A DNA stretch of 64,000 bases. Origin: Felis catus (lineage: Eukaryota). The position numbers and the translations under genes were made by a program. The stretch is taken from the NCBI RefSeq assembly GCF_018350175.1, contig NC_058368.1, positions 57,972,001-58,036,000 of the forward strand, written 5' to 3'. The notes below the pieces were generated by a model that made no database searches, was not told the origin of the DNA, and saw only the letters and a list, made by a program, of their open reading frames with translations. Shown here in pieces: positions 13,698 to 25,395 of the stretch (positions are counted from its first letter, which is position 1; each line of letters starts with the position of its first letter).

Positions 13698-14324
13698 ATC
13701 CAAAAGATCTTTAAAGTCCCTGTAAATGTTATAGTTACTCCTTCAATGCAACGAAAAGGAAGAAAAGCCATTCTCAGCTATGAAGTGGTTGAAAAGAGCA
13801 CCTTGTCCAAATCTCAGTGGGGGAGTGTGAAATTCTTTAATATCTAAAGTGTGCAATATCAGAGCAGCATCAGATCAGGACAAATCAGAACCTAGTAACT
13901 GAGAACATAGAAGGAGAGTGTCTTTACACTCTAAAATTTATCAACATGAACATCAGAAAGATATAAAATTAAAGGAGGGATTCATATTCTGTTGTGGAGA
14001 CAGAGAATAACCTAGAACCAACATAGTAGAGAAATAAATATGCCTTTCAAGAAAAAAAAAAATCAGAGCTGTCCTATAGCCATGCAGGGCTAAAATTTCA
14101 TATGAGCTCATGTTAGAGGATTTGCATTGTGATCACAGTTTATTAAATTTAAATTTTTCTGTAAATAGTCATATGATAAAATAAATACCATAAATTAATA
14201 CAACATAATTCTTTTGCCCATTTATTACTTAAAATGTATTTAATTGTTTACAATCTGTTACAATAGTAATTCCTTTTTTGAACATTCTTATATATTGATC
14301 TCTGTTAACAAGTGCAAGTACCAA

Positions 14325-15180
14325 TCTTTTTGATCCTAGCCCATCTGTATAATTTTAAAAATGATTAAAAATCTCCTCAAATATTTTATATGGTCTATAT
14401 TTATCAATACTCTTAGAAATTAAAATTAAGATATTTCAAAATACTTGCTTATCAATTTACTTAATAATAATAACAATTATAATAAGATACTATATGTTAA
14501 TGCATTTTATTGAAAATAATATTATCCTAAATAAGTAATTAGAAGAATACCATTGGTTTACACCTTAACAGAAAAGATCTGGACTATCATTTCTATTCTT
14601 GCATTCAATCTCTTGCAATAAGTTTTTCTGCTTGAAGAATATAAGGAAAAGTTGGCCTCACACAAAAATTATGTTGGAAAAAAATAGAAGTATTTTAGTA
14701 GTCTTTTTCAGATAATTGTAGCTCTTTTTGATACTATATTCCATCTTGACCAGTGGTAGTTTCTCAAAAATTAATCATAATGTAGAATCTGAATCCATAT
14801 CAATGAATCTTTTACACTTTTGTATTGTAATATTAGTTAGTTTACCTTTGAATGGGTATTTTACCCATATTTGATTTTGTATCATATTTGTTCAATGAAT
14901 TCTACAGATCTTCCTAATATTGACACATTTTATTTTTCATATTAAAAAATTGGAATTAATAATATCTCCATCTTACTATCAGAGAAACTTGAAATGTTCG
15001 AAAGGTACTACAAGTTTCTGCAATTCTAATACTTGCTTGAAACTGACATTTTTTAAACAGTGTATAATGATGAAGAAAGATCACTATTGGTATCGTTTGG
15101 TGTGTATATCTTGATAAGAAACCAGAAGTGTTACTTACTATCGTTTCTGCATCAAAAGTGCAAACATCAATACAATTATT
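14325..15180. mobile_element. Charlie1/Charlie1a-like hAT DNA transposon remnant
   Basis: TTGCATTCAATCT, GGCCTCACACA, TTTTCAGATAATTGT, AGTGGTAGTTTCT, AATCTGAATCCATATCAATGAA occur in the order of the recalled Charlie1 consensus. Confidence 0.8.
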
Positions 15181-16100
15181 TCAAGATAAAAAAATGACCG
15201 TGCAAAAGGGTTTTTCAGCACTTTGCATATTTCAGTAATATTGGTATTTTTTTTGCCAAGCATTTCCATAAATTATCTTTTATGATGGTTAGTTTGCACT
15301 TATTCTCAACTGATGTCAGCAAAAAGTTAAGTATAGTCACATCTGTATGTGCATTTGTAAGTCAAAAGTACAAACTGAAGACAAGATGCTAACTCAGTCT
15401 TCATGTTTTCAGCTAAAAACTTTGTTTCACTGAAGTTTTAAGATTTACTCTATCATTTAAAAGTATATTGGCAAGACTTTTTTTACTAGCTTTTCATCTG
15501 GCAGGCATTTACTAATGTCAACTACACAAGGCCTTTTCAATTTCCCAGCCATCATGTACCCTTATCCAACCAATGAAATACAAAGATTTACCCTGTGAGA
15601 GACTCCATGACTTTTTCAAATGACTTTCAGCTCTAGAAAAGATCATCATGCTTACCTTTAAAAGATTCAAGTATTTTTTTTCCTTTAAACTCAGAGTGAT
15701 TGGTTTCAAAATGATGCCATATTTTAAATGGCACATAATACTATTTAAAATGTCTGTGGTATAAGAAACAATGAGTCAAATGATTAACATAAAGCTGAGA
15801 GATAGATGGTCTTTGTCATATTTTCCTTTCTTAGTTACAGCTGACCCAGTTTATTTGGACTGGCTTCCTTGTTCATGAGTCAGAATACTCACTGAAATGT
15901 CAAACTCATCTTTTTCAGCAGCTATAATCATAGATGGTAAAGCTGTGGGTTGAGAAAACATGTTGACTGTCCCTTTTTAGGCCAACATTCCAGCATTAAC
16001 CAAAGAAAAATATATTGTAAATACATTTTATTTTATTTTAGAGACAAAATATTTTATTCTAAAATATCTGTTTCAAATGAAATTTAAGCATTTGGAAAGT

Positions 16101-16317
16101 TTTTTTAAAAATTTTTTTAACATTTATTTATTTTTGAGAGAGAGATAGAGTGCAAGAGGGGGAGGGGCAGAGAGAGAGGGAGACACAGAATCTGAAGAAA
16201 TCTCCAGGCTCTGAGCTGTCAGCACAGAAACCCACATGGGGCTCAAACCCACAAATAGTGAGATCATGACCTGAGCCAAAGTCAGACGCTCAACTGACTG
16301 AGCCATCCAGGCACCCC
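16101..16317 (-). mobile_element. CanSINE
   Basis: Reverse-complement body; TSD TGGAAAG(G/T)TTTTT. Confidence 0.96.
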
Positions 16318-18077
16318 TGGAAAGGTTTTTAAGCAACGTTTAAAACAAAAAGATAAGTGAAAAACAAGAATCTGAAGTGTATTTAGCTGTGTTTCCACAT
16401 ATTTACATTTACAATGATTATTCTAATATCTGGAGGAGTTTCTAGCATTTGCTATCTGCATTCTTTGTTTTGCCCTTTTTCTGATTTACAGTTTACTCTT
16501 TCTATATTGTCTTCTTTTTGAATTATTGAGATCTTCTGTTGTTACTTTGTCTTCCCTCTGATTCATTGGTTATTTGCTCTTATATGCTGCAAAGATTTCC
16601 TTAGATATTTGAAAAGATTCCCTGGAATTTCTAGCATATACTCACAAAAGGCTTTTATTTAAAAGCAAAGTGACGGTTTTACAAGAGGAATAGAGTGCTG
16701 GCAAGCACTGAGGACTAAGACCGAGAATTGTAGAAGCTCTCAGAAACTACAGTCCCTTGGTTACTTGATACAGCTAAGTTCATCAAAGCAGTTAGGCCTG
16801 CAGCAAACCATTAGTAATGAAACAGATCACCACGGGATATTTGAACCTTGAACACCAAAACAAAGATCCTGAGGCCCGTATCTTAGCAAATAGTTAAAAA
16901 CTGGACCCCCAGACATCCTCAGGGATGAAGACAAAACTTTATCAGTCCATTCTGTAAATCAACTCTATATTTGCATATGCCTTGTTCTAGTTCTTTAATA
17001 GTTAATCTACTTTATCCTTCCTATCTAATTTAATAGCATGTAAACTTAATATTATTATTCTCCCCTTGAAAAAATATTTTCCTTTTTTATTATAGCCTTT
17101 TCCCCCATGGATTTGACACAATCATTGTTCTTTTATTTGGTCATAGTAATTACAATTTCATTTTAAGTCATATTAAGTCAAATATTTCTACAGTATATTT
17201 TCCACAGTATGTTATAGTTAGCAATTTTCAAAAAATCATTCTTGTTGACTTTCATTATTCTTTTTTTAATAATTTTTTTTTCAGAAAATGCTGAAAAACC
17301 TAAGTAAGATGAGTCCACACTACCAGTTTCACTCATTACTTTTGTTACAATAAAAATTTAAAAGTATTTCTAAAGATATATGGCTAGATAAGACATCTTC
17401 TACTCTATTATAGGACATATTATATTTATTATCTTATTAAAGTGTGGATATAAAAAGCCGTAGTGCCCTCTGACATTTCTTCTATAAGTGTGTGTTGTTA
17501 GGTTATGATTTGTAAAGAAAAACATTCATTTTATGCTTAATGTCAATAAGCATATTAAACTGGCATTCAAAGACTGAAATATTTCTATTTTCCTACTTGT
17601 GAGTTTACTTAGATATCTACATTCAGGCTTGAAGTTTTTGATATTCCAGTTAGTTACTATTCCCACCTTATTAACTTTCATTATGTTATTCCAGGTTAAT
17701 GTATAGCAGTTTGATACAAAATACTTTGTTTCATTGATTATCTGCAAATGGCATCAAAGTTGATTATATGTATTTACCTTAGTCAATTAGCTACTACTTA
17801 TGTCTTCCTACTGGTCATTTATTTGTCAGTTATTTTATAACTAAAATCACTCAGAAATCCACATGTGAAATCTTCTTTATCATATAGATGGTAAATAATT
17901 CAAAATATCATGATTTTCCAAGACTTGCATTAGATTTAGCAAAACATCAAGTGGCCAAAACGTGTGTTATTTAAGAGGTGTCAAAGCATTATATTCATCT
18001 TATTTTTCTCTACAGTATAGGTATATATCAATAAACTCTGAAGCATATTACCTGAAAATATTTCAGTTGATAGTTTT

Positions 18078-18292
18078 AAATTTTTTTTTCAACGTTTATT
18101 TATTTTTGGGACAGAGAGAGACAGAGCATGAACGGGGGAGGGGCAGAGAAAGAGGGAGACACAGAATCCGAAGCAGGCTCCAGGCTCTGAGCCATCAGCC
18201 CAGAGCCTGACGTGGGGCTCGAACTCACGGACCTCGAGATCGTGACCTGGCTGAAGTCAGACGCTTAACCGACTGCGCCACCCAGGCGCCCC
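18078..18292 (-). mobile_element. CanSINE, young subfamily
   Basis: CpG-rich body; perfect 16-bp TSD TTCAGTTGATAGTTTT at 18062-18077 and 18293-18308. Confidence 0.98.
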
Positions 18293-19921
18293 TTCAGTTG
18301 ATAGTTTTGACATGAGCAGTAGATACTTTGAACACACTTTCCTGTTTCTTTCTCAGGAAATTTTTAAGAAATAAATTGTGAAACTATCAGGACATATTTT
18401 GGATGATTTGAATAGGCTGAACATGAGATACTTTGCTAAAATTTTGGTAAGTTAAATGTCAATCATTAATTTGAACAGAAAATTTAAATTTTAAAATCTA
18501 TTTATGACTAAGATCATACAATGAGCAGAGGAACAATGACACAAGTAAATTAGCTAAAAGGCTTAAGTGCTACAATTTGGAAACTGGAGAAGATCTCTTT
18601 TGAAATGTATGGATAATGGTAGGGTAATTTTTTCCCCTCAGTAAATTCAGCCTTAGTTCCTTTTAAAAATCATTGGACTCTATAGGACCTTTGAGCTTCT
18701 CTGGCTATAGGAGTCCACTAAGTATAAGATATTAAACAAATAATCATTATTTAATGAGGATCCAGATAAAATTTCATAATTAGAAATGAAGTGTGTAAAG
18801 TTATAATTTTTTTTTCTAGAAAACAAACAAAATATTATCTCATGCCCTAATCTTCTGGTCCTAGTAGCATAATTTAATCATTTGAGATAATGTTAATGAA
18901 TTGAATAATTTTTCAATAATTTGAAACAATTTTTCAAAATTCAACAATTTTTCAGTTTTCAATTTTCAATTTTTCAGTTTTGTTTCAATTGAAAATTGTT
19001 TGAAAAAAATTTTTCAAAAATTTTTCAATTTTTCAATTAACCTAATAAATACAGGGCTCTGTCTTCTACATATTATTTCTCCTATGACTTCTAAAGTCCA
19101 GTTGACATAGCATCCAGCTTTTGGTGTGGAATAGGTAGTAGGAGCTAATTTGGTCTATTCATCTGCAAGCATTTTCAGAAACACACTTTATCTCATCTTG
19201 TTATTCATCATAAGCTTCTTTCTTTGTTCCATCTGATAAGAGTTTACACCCATGAACATCCTAGCCACCTAGGAAATTTAGATTATTTCAAGTGCCAAGT
19301 ATTTTTCAGGTCTGCTTGCTCTTTGTCATATATATAGTACTTTACAAATATTCAGATAAAAGTAAGAAATGATGCAAACTGAAATTCTTTCCAAAACTCT
19401 TTCTTGGGTTGGTCCCAAGATACTTAGCTGGAGAGGGTTTCTCAAGTGTTATACTTAAGCCTTATGCTGAGGTGCTTATTCTTACTACCATTTCTCCATT
19501 AAAGCTAGTTTACCGTTCTTATATAGTGGATTTCTTCATGGGTTTCATTGAGCATATCCCTCATTAGAAAGGTACACATATGGGTAATCTTTAACAAGAC
19601 TGTGGGATAAAGGAAATGCAGTCCTTCTCTGTTCTCTGTTCCTGTTTCTTTTAATGACAAACATATTAAGCTTGGTGTCCTTCAAAACTTTGTCTTTCGT
19701 TCTTTAAAATAGAAGAGTCTTGAAGATGAAGTCTTTCATTTTGAAGTTATTGTCCGTGCCTTAAGTGTAAAAATCGAATTTGAAACACAAAGCTAATTAT
19801 TCTGTTGTTCTAAATTCATTTTGATCCTCCCTTTACTGCATGTTTTTGAACTCAATGTTCTTGAACTAATTGCAGGAAGATAGAGGGGGAAATAGATGTT
19901 GGTTTCAAGGTCCAAATTTCT

Positions 19922-19922
19922 T

Positions 19923-19961
<39 letters not shown>

Positions 19962-19964
19962 TTA
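19922..19964 (+). repeat. (TTTA)n microsatellite
   Basis: Directly visible. Confidence 0.95.
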
Positions 19965-20367
19965 CTTGAGATATTTTAACTTTATGTACAATGATTTAGC
20001 ATTAAATCATTGTATCTTGGAATTCTACATTTGAAATAAGTATCTTGGATGACCCATTCAAGGAAGTTCTCCTAATTCAATTTAATGAAGTCTATATCCT
20101 TTGTGTACTGACAGAAGAACTGATGGCATATACTGTGGCACTTTTTTTCTGGATCAGACCATGCCGGTTTGAGAAGACAGTACAACCATGAGAACCCTGG
20201 CCAAATTTCCTTGGATGGCGCCAGAAGTCCTGGTGACCTATGTTTCATTCTCAGATGCAAAGAAGCTAAAGGTGGTCCAAATTGTATTATAGCATATTTC
20301 TATTTGCACAAATTTTCTTATTTTTTTCAACTTAGCAAAACATGTATGCAGAGAGGTTTGTATATTT

Positions 20368-20585
20368 AAAATTTTTTTAATGTTTACTTATTTTTGACAG
20401 ACAGAGAGAGAGACAGAGTATGAGCAGGGGAGGGGCAGAGAAAGAGAGACACATAGAATCCGAAGCAGGCTCCAGGCTCCGAGCTATCAGCACAGAGCCC
20501 AATGCAGAGCTCGAACTCACAGACTGCGAGATCATGACCTGAGCCGAAGTCAGATGTCCAACTCACTGAGCCACCCAGGAGCCCC
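20368..20585 (-). mobile_element. CanSINE
   Basis: Reverse-complement body; TSD TTTGTATATTT. Confidence 0.96.
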
Positions 20586-20639
20586 GAAATTTGTATATTT
20601 TAAATAATCCAAGTGAGTAAAGCGAACATAATCTATGTC

Positions 20640-21100
20640 AAAAGCTGCCTTCATACCCAAAGTTAAGCACTATTATTTCTAACAAATCAATCCAGAGTGG
20701 TTTTGCTTATGTGTTAAATTTATATAAGTTAATTGTATTATATGTAGTCTTTCAGGTTTTGCTTCTTTTGCTCAGCATTACTTTTATGAGATTTCTGAAT
20801 GCCATTGGCTGTAGCTTTAGCTATGCCATTTTAATTTCTGTATGTTATTCATTTGGGTAAATATATCCCAATTGATTGCAACTTATGGATTGATATTTCA
20901 ATTTTCCAGCTTGGAACTTTCACAAATAATATTGCTACTGATACTGTTGTAGGTATCTTTTGGTACATATGTGAATACAATTTGGTTTAGAAATTGTTTT
21001 CAGCATCACTGGATGCTTCCAAAAAAACTTTCCAAAGGGGGTATGCACATTGAAATGTGTGACTAGTACATCTTTGCCAACATTTGGCATTGTCAGATGT
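20640..21100 (-). mobile_element. Old L1M 3' region fragment
   Basis: CTTCTTTTGCTCAGCATT..TTTTATGAGATT, TTTCCAGCTTGG..ACAAATAATATTGCT, CATCTTTGCCAACATTTGGCATTGTCAG typical of antisense L1 3' end. Confidence 0.8.
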
Positions 21101-21139
21101 TTGGTTTGGTTTTATTTTGTTTTAAATCCATTCTTAGAA

Positions 21140-21310
21140 GGAAACTTCTTCAAACTATTACAAGGCAGCTAACATTATATTTAATGGTAAAAGACTGGCA
21201 CTTTTCCACCAAAAATCAAGGAATAGGCAAGGGTGTCCATCTACTATTTCTCTTCAGCATTTTATTGGAAGATTTAACCAGCACAGTAAGACAAAGCAAT
21301 GAAAGAAAGA
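21140..21310 (+). mobile_element. Old L1 ORF2 (RT region) fragment
   Basis: GCTAACATTATATTTAATGGTAAAAGACTG...GGAATAGGCAAGGGTGTCC corresponds to ANIILNGEKL...GTRQGCP. Confidence 0.8.
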
Positions 21311-21613
21311 AATTAAAACAAAGAAATAAAGCTGCCATGACTAATAAGTGTGGTTAGGAAGTTTGTAGGACACAAGGGAAATCTTCAAAAATGCCTAGGT
21401 ATCCACCTTCATTCTTGAAGAGGATTTTTATGGAGCTTATAATTCTAAACCAATACATTTTTTTTGCAGTATTCTGAAACAGTGGGGAGGATCCAAATAA
21501 CCAACCAAGGTAGGAAGGTATGCTTTATCATTGATGCTATTTAGAAATGCCAGTGCATAATACAAAGCAGGCTCATTTCTACTCAGTTTTATTATGTATT
21601 TAAATTAATTACA

Positions 21614-21828
21614 GGGGCGCCTAGATGGCTTAGTTGGTTAAGTGGCCAACTTTGGCTCAGGTCACGATCTCACGGTTCATGAGTTTGAGCCCTGCCTCGG
21701 GCTCTGTGCTGACAGTTCAGAGACTGGAGCCTGCTTCAGAATCTGTCTCCCTCTTCTCTCTGCCCTTCCCTTACTCACAGTCTCTCTCTCTCTCACACAC
21801 ACACAAAAATAAACATTACAAAAAAATT
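21614..21828 (+). mobile_element. CanSINE
   Basis: Full body; degenerate TSD TAAATT(A/G)ATTA. Confidence 0.96.
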
Positions 21829-21907
21829 AAATTGATTATAGTGGACCCTCTTACTGCTTGTACTTGGGACAAAATACCTTCTTCATTTGCACTTGGTTTT
21901 ATATTAT

Positions 21908-22115
21908 TTTTTAATTTTTTTTAATGTTTATTCATTTTTGAGAGACAGAGAGTGAGTGGGGGAGGGGCAGAGAGAGAAGGAGACAGGATATCTGAAGCAA
22001 GCTTCAGGTTCTGAGCTGTCAGCACAGAGCCCGTCGCGGGTCTCTAACCCAGGAACAGTGAGATCATGACCTGAGCCGAAGTCAGGCACTTAACTGACTG
22101 AGCCACCCAGGCCCC
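21908..22115 (-). mobile_element. CanSINE
   Basis: Reverse-complement body; TSD TTGGTTTT(A/C)TATTATT. Confidence 0.96.
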
Positions 22116-23217
22116 CTTTTGGTTTTCTATTATTAATGAATACTTACAGCTTTCAAATTTTTTGCTTAAAATTCAACTGTTACTCTTAATTACAACGTGT
22201 GATTATTGCTTCTCTGTGTATAAGTGTGATTGTTCTTCTTTGAAGATAAGATAAAATAGATCCTTTCCCCATCTTACTGGCTGCTTTATAGATCTCTCTT
22301 CATTTTCCCAGGGTTTGTGAGGGTTTGAAAATGTATGATTGATGTATTTTATGACTTTTTTTAGGTGTTCTCTTATCTTTTTCCTTTCTTCTGATCTGTC
22401 TTCAATTCACCAATTTTCTTCAGTTATTAAATCTGGTATCTAGTCTACTCATTGAGTTTTTAATTTTGATAAGCATATTTTTCAATTTGTATTTTAATCA
22501 GATCTGCCATATAATATTTATTATTTCCTGTCCCAACTTGAAATAATCAATCTAGCTGTTTCCCTCCTCTAATATATTAATCTTAGTTATTTAAAAATAT
22601 AAATCTGGAAATTTCTATATATAGCCCTTTGGGTTTATTGTCTGTATATCTTCTTGTTCACATGAACATACAGATGTAAGCATTCATGCATACACAATCA
22701 CACATAAGCAAAACCAAAAATAATTATATGAAAAACCTTTCTTTGAATATTTTGAGAGCATATCTATGGAGAAGCAAAATAAGTATAGTTAATTTTAGCT
22801 AGAGGAAACATAGAATGCTGTTGTCAGGGATTCAGAATTTAATATGTAACTTTTCAACAACTCTTGTAAATTTTTCAGTGTTTACTTTTAACAAACAAAA
22901 TATTAGGCAAAGTCTACGGTAGATGAAACAGAAATAGATTACCTGTTTCATGGTGAACTTGGAAAAGGACTTGCAATTAAAGAATCATAGTTTGTTGATG
23001 GATCCTGTTTTTTCTTAAACTTTCCCTTATAATATATTTCTGTCTCTTACCAAGGCACTGAAGTGAAAATACTTTTTCTGTGACATAAACATGAAGACAG
23101 GAAGCCTGAAACTAAAACTACTCTGCTTTATGCCAGCTGTTAAGCTGCCAGGTGTCAAGGTGGCCAACTGGGGCGGTGAGCCAAACTAAAAGTAATAATC
23201 AAGCTATTATACAAATA

Positions 23218-23688
23218 CAGGTTTTCCTTGACTTACGATGAGGTTATGCTTTACCCATCATAATGTGAAAATATTGTTAAGTCAAAAATGCATTTAATAC
23301 ACCTAACCTACCAAATATAACAACTTAGCCCAGACTACCTTAAATGTACTCAGAACAGTTACGCTGACCTACAGTTGTGCAAATTCCTGTAACATAAAGC
23401 ATATTTTATAATAAACTATTGAATATCTCATTTAATATATTGGATAGTGTACTGAAAGAGAAAAACAGAATGGTTGTAAGTATATCATGTATTTACCCTT
23501 GTGATCATGTGGCTGACTGGGAGCTGCTGCCCAGCATCACAAGAGAGGATCATACCACATATCACCAGTCCAGGAAAAGAGCAAAATTCAGATTTCCAAT
23601 TATGATGTCTACAGAATGCGTATCACTTTTGCACCAGTATAAAGTTGAAAAATTGTATGTCGACCCTTGTTAAGTCGGGGACCATCTG
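23218..23688. mobile_element. MER47/Tigger5-family non-autonomous DNA transposon
   Basis: TA|CAGGTTTTCCTTGACTTACGATG...TAAGTCGGGGACCATCTG|TA TIRs; AATGCATTTAATACACCTAACCTACC internal motif. Confidence 0.9.
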
Positions 23689-23799
23689 TATTGCAATAGT
23701 GCAGGTAAGAAGAAAAGACCAAGAAACTTGGTAGCTCTCTAATTTCCATGTTTTCCCCACAGAATGACACTGGGCCAGGGTCAGTGAGATGACATGCAG

Positions 23800-24283
23800 T
23801 GCAGGTGGAGAAAATTGAGGAGAACTACAAAAGTCTCCTCTCCAGGATTATTTTCAAGCCTTGATAACTTATTGAATTTGCCCTGCTTGTTTTTGGACTT
23901 GCCTGGGACTTGAGACCTCTTTTTCTTCTACTTCTATATTTTGGAATGGAAATGTCTATCCTATGACCATCCCAACAATGTATTCTATTCTATAAATGTA
24001 TAGCTTGTTTTCTAATTTCACAAGTCCATAGATAACAATGAATTTTCTCTCTGTGTGAACCATACCTGGATTCTCACTCATAACTAAATTAGACTAGTTG
24101 AGTTGATTATTTAGCTGAGACTTGGGACTTTGAGTTGACAATGGAATGCATTAATCCTTTTGAGGGTGTCAGGATGAGGTGAACTTATTTTGTACCTAGG
24201 AAAGATATTAATTTAGGGAAGGACTGAGGGTGTACTTTTATGAGTTGAATTGTTCTCCCACAAAGATATACTGAAGTCCTCAC
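23800..24283 (+). mobile_element. MaLR internal 3' end plus start of MLT1 LTR
   Basis: TTTTGGAATGGAAATGTCTATCCTATG and GGACTTTGAGTTGA (MLT1-int); TATGAGTTGAATTGT..CCCCACAAAGATATACTGAAGTCCT (MLT1 LTR 5' end, from ~24237). Confidence 0.8.
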
Positions 24284-24549
24284 ATTAAAATATACTTATG
24301 TATAAGCAGAAAGGCTTGAATAATAACTCTAAAAAATGTTTTTTTCCCTAGACTCAATATATTCAATTTCCTAGACTCAATACAACTAATGACAATCAGT
24401 TTGGTTTTTAATATAAATTAAATTGCTATAAATGCCTGTTCATGTCTATTTTGTTTATTATATAGTCTCACTTACATAATAACTATTGATTACAATAATT
24501 TGCTAAGATAGTTAGATAACATAATTTATTAACATAGTTATTCAGTTTG

Positions 24550-25395
24550 AACACAAAAGCAAAGATAAATTGGCTGATACCTTAAAATCACTACAGCTAG
24601 GATCATTTCACTCAAAACTACTTAGGATGTTTCTGGCACATGTCCCATATTCCAAATTTGTAATCCAGGCAAACCTGCAAAATGTAGGCATGAACAAGGG
24701 CAAAAGTTTCAATATCTACTTGATATTCACAAATGAATAGCTTCTTTCAAGTAGATATGGATATATGTTTACTATCGTCCATATATTTTCAGATGGCCAT
24801 AAGGTTTTCTCTGCCAAACGGCAAATGATTAATAACTAGAAAATAAACAAGATGAAACAAAACAAAGAACAACAATCAGCCTCCTAGACTTTGTATATTC
24901 AACTTGGTGTATTACTAAGCTTTTTATCTAGAGCTATTAACAAGAACTGTAATCAAAGAGCTATACATGGTACTGCTCATCATGCAGAAACTCCATCATC
25001 TTTATCATCCTGTATCAGTAGTGAAAAATAAAAGAACAAATAAAGCTTGGACAATTATTTGAAGGATGAGCTGCCATGACCTAAGGTATTCTTAACTTCC
25101 TTGGCCATTAAAAATTCACTGACCAGAAATCATAGGTTATCATTCTCTCAACTCTCACCTTGTGAGGCTGGCAATTACATGTCCAATAATGGACTGCCAT
25201 CTTGTAAAGTTTTATTGCAATATACAAAAGTTTATAACTAACATGTCTAGGCAGATTTACTGAAGGAAAACCTCAAAAACAACATAAGTAGGTCTTGTAC
25301 TTCATTGGAAAAAGACTATATCAGAGCCTACTAACCCAGTAGTTATCTTTGAAAGCACATATTGTTGGATTTACATTTCCAAACTCACAATATAT
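24550..25395 (+). pseudogene. Decayed ERV1 (class I) pol integrase
   Basis: Manual translation across frameshifts: DVSGTCPIFQICNPGK (24626), RYGYMFTIVHIFSDG (24753), LLDFVYSTW (24881), RTVIKELYMVLLIMQKLHHLYHP..KRTN (24943), ELP*PKV..NHRLS (25068), WIYISKL (25366), collinear with retroviral integrase. Confidence 0.8.
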
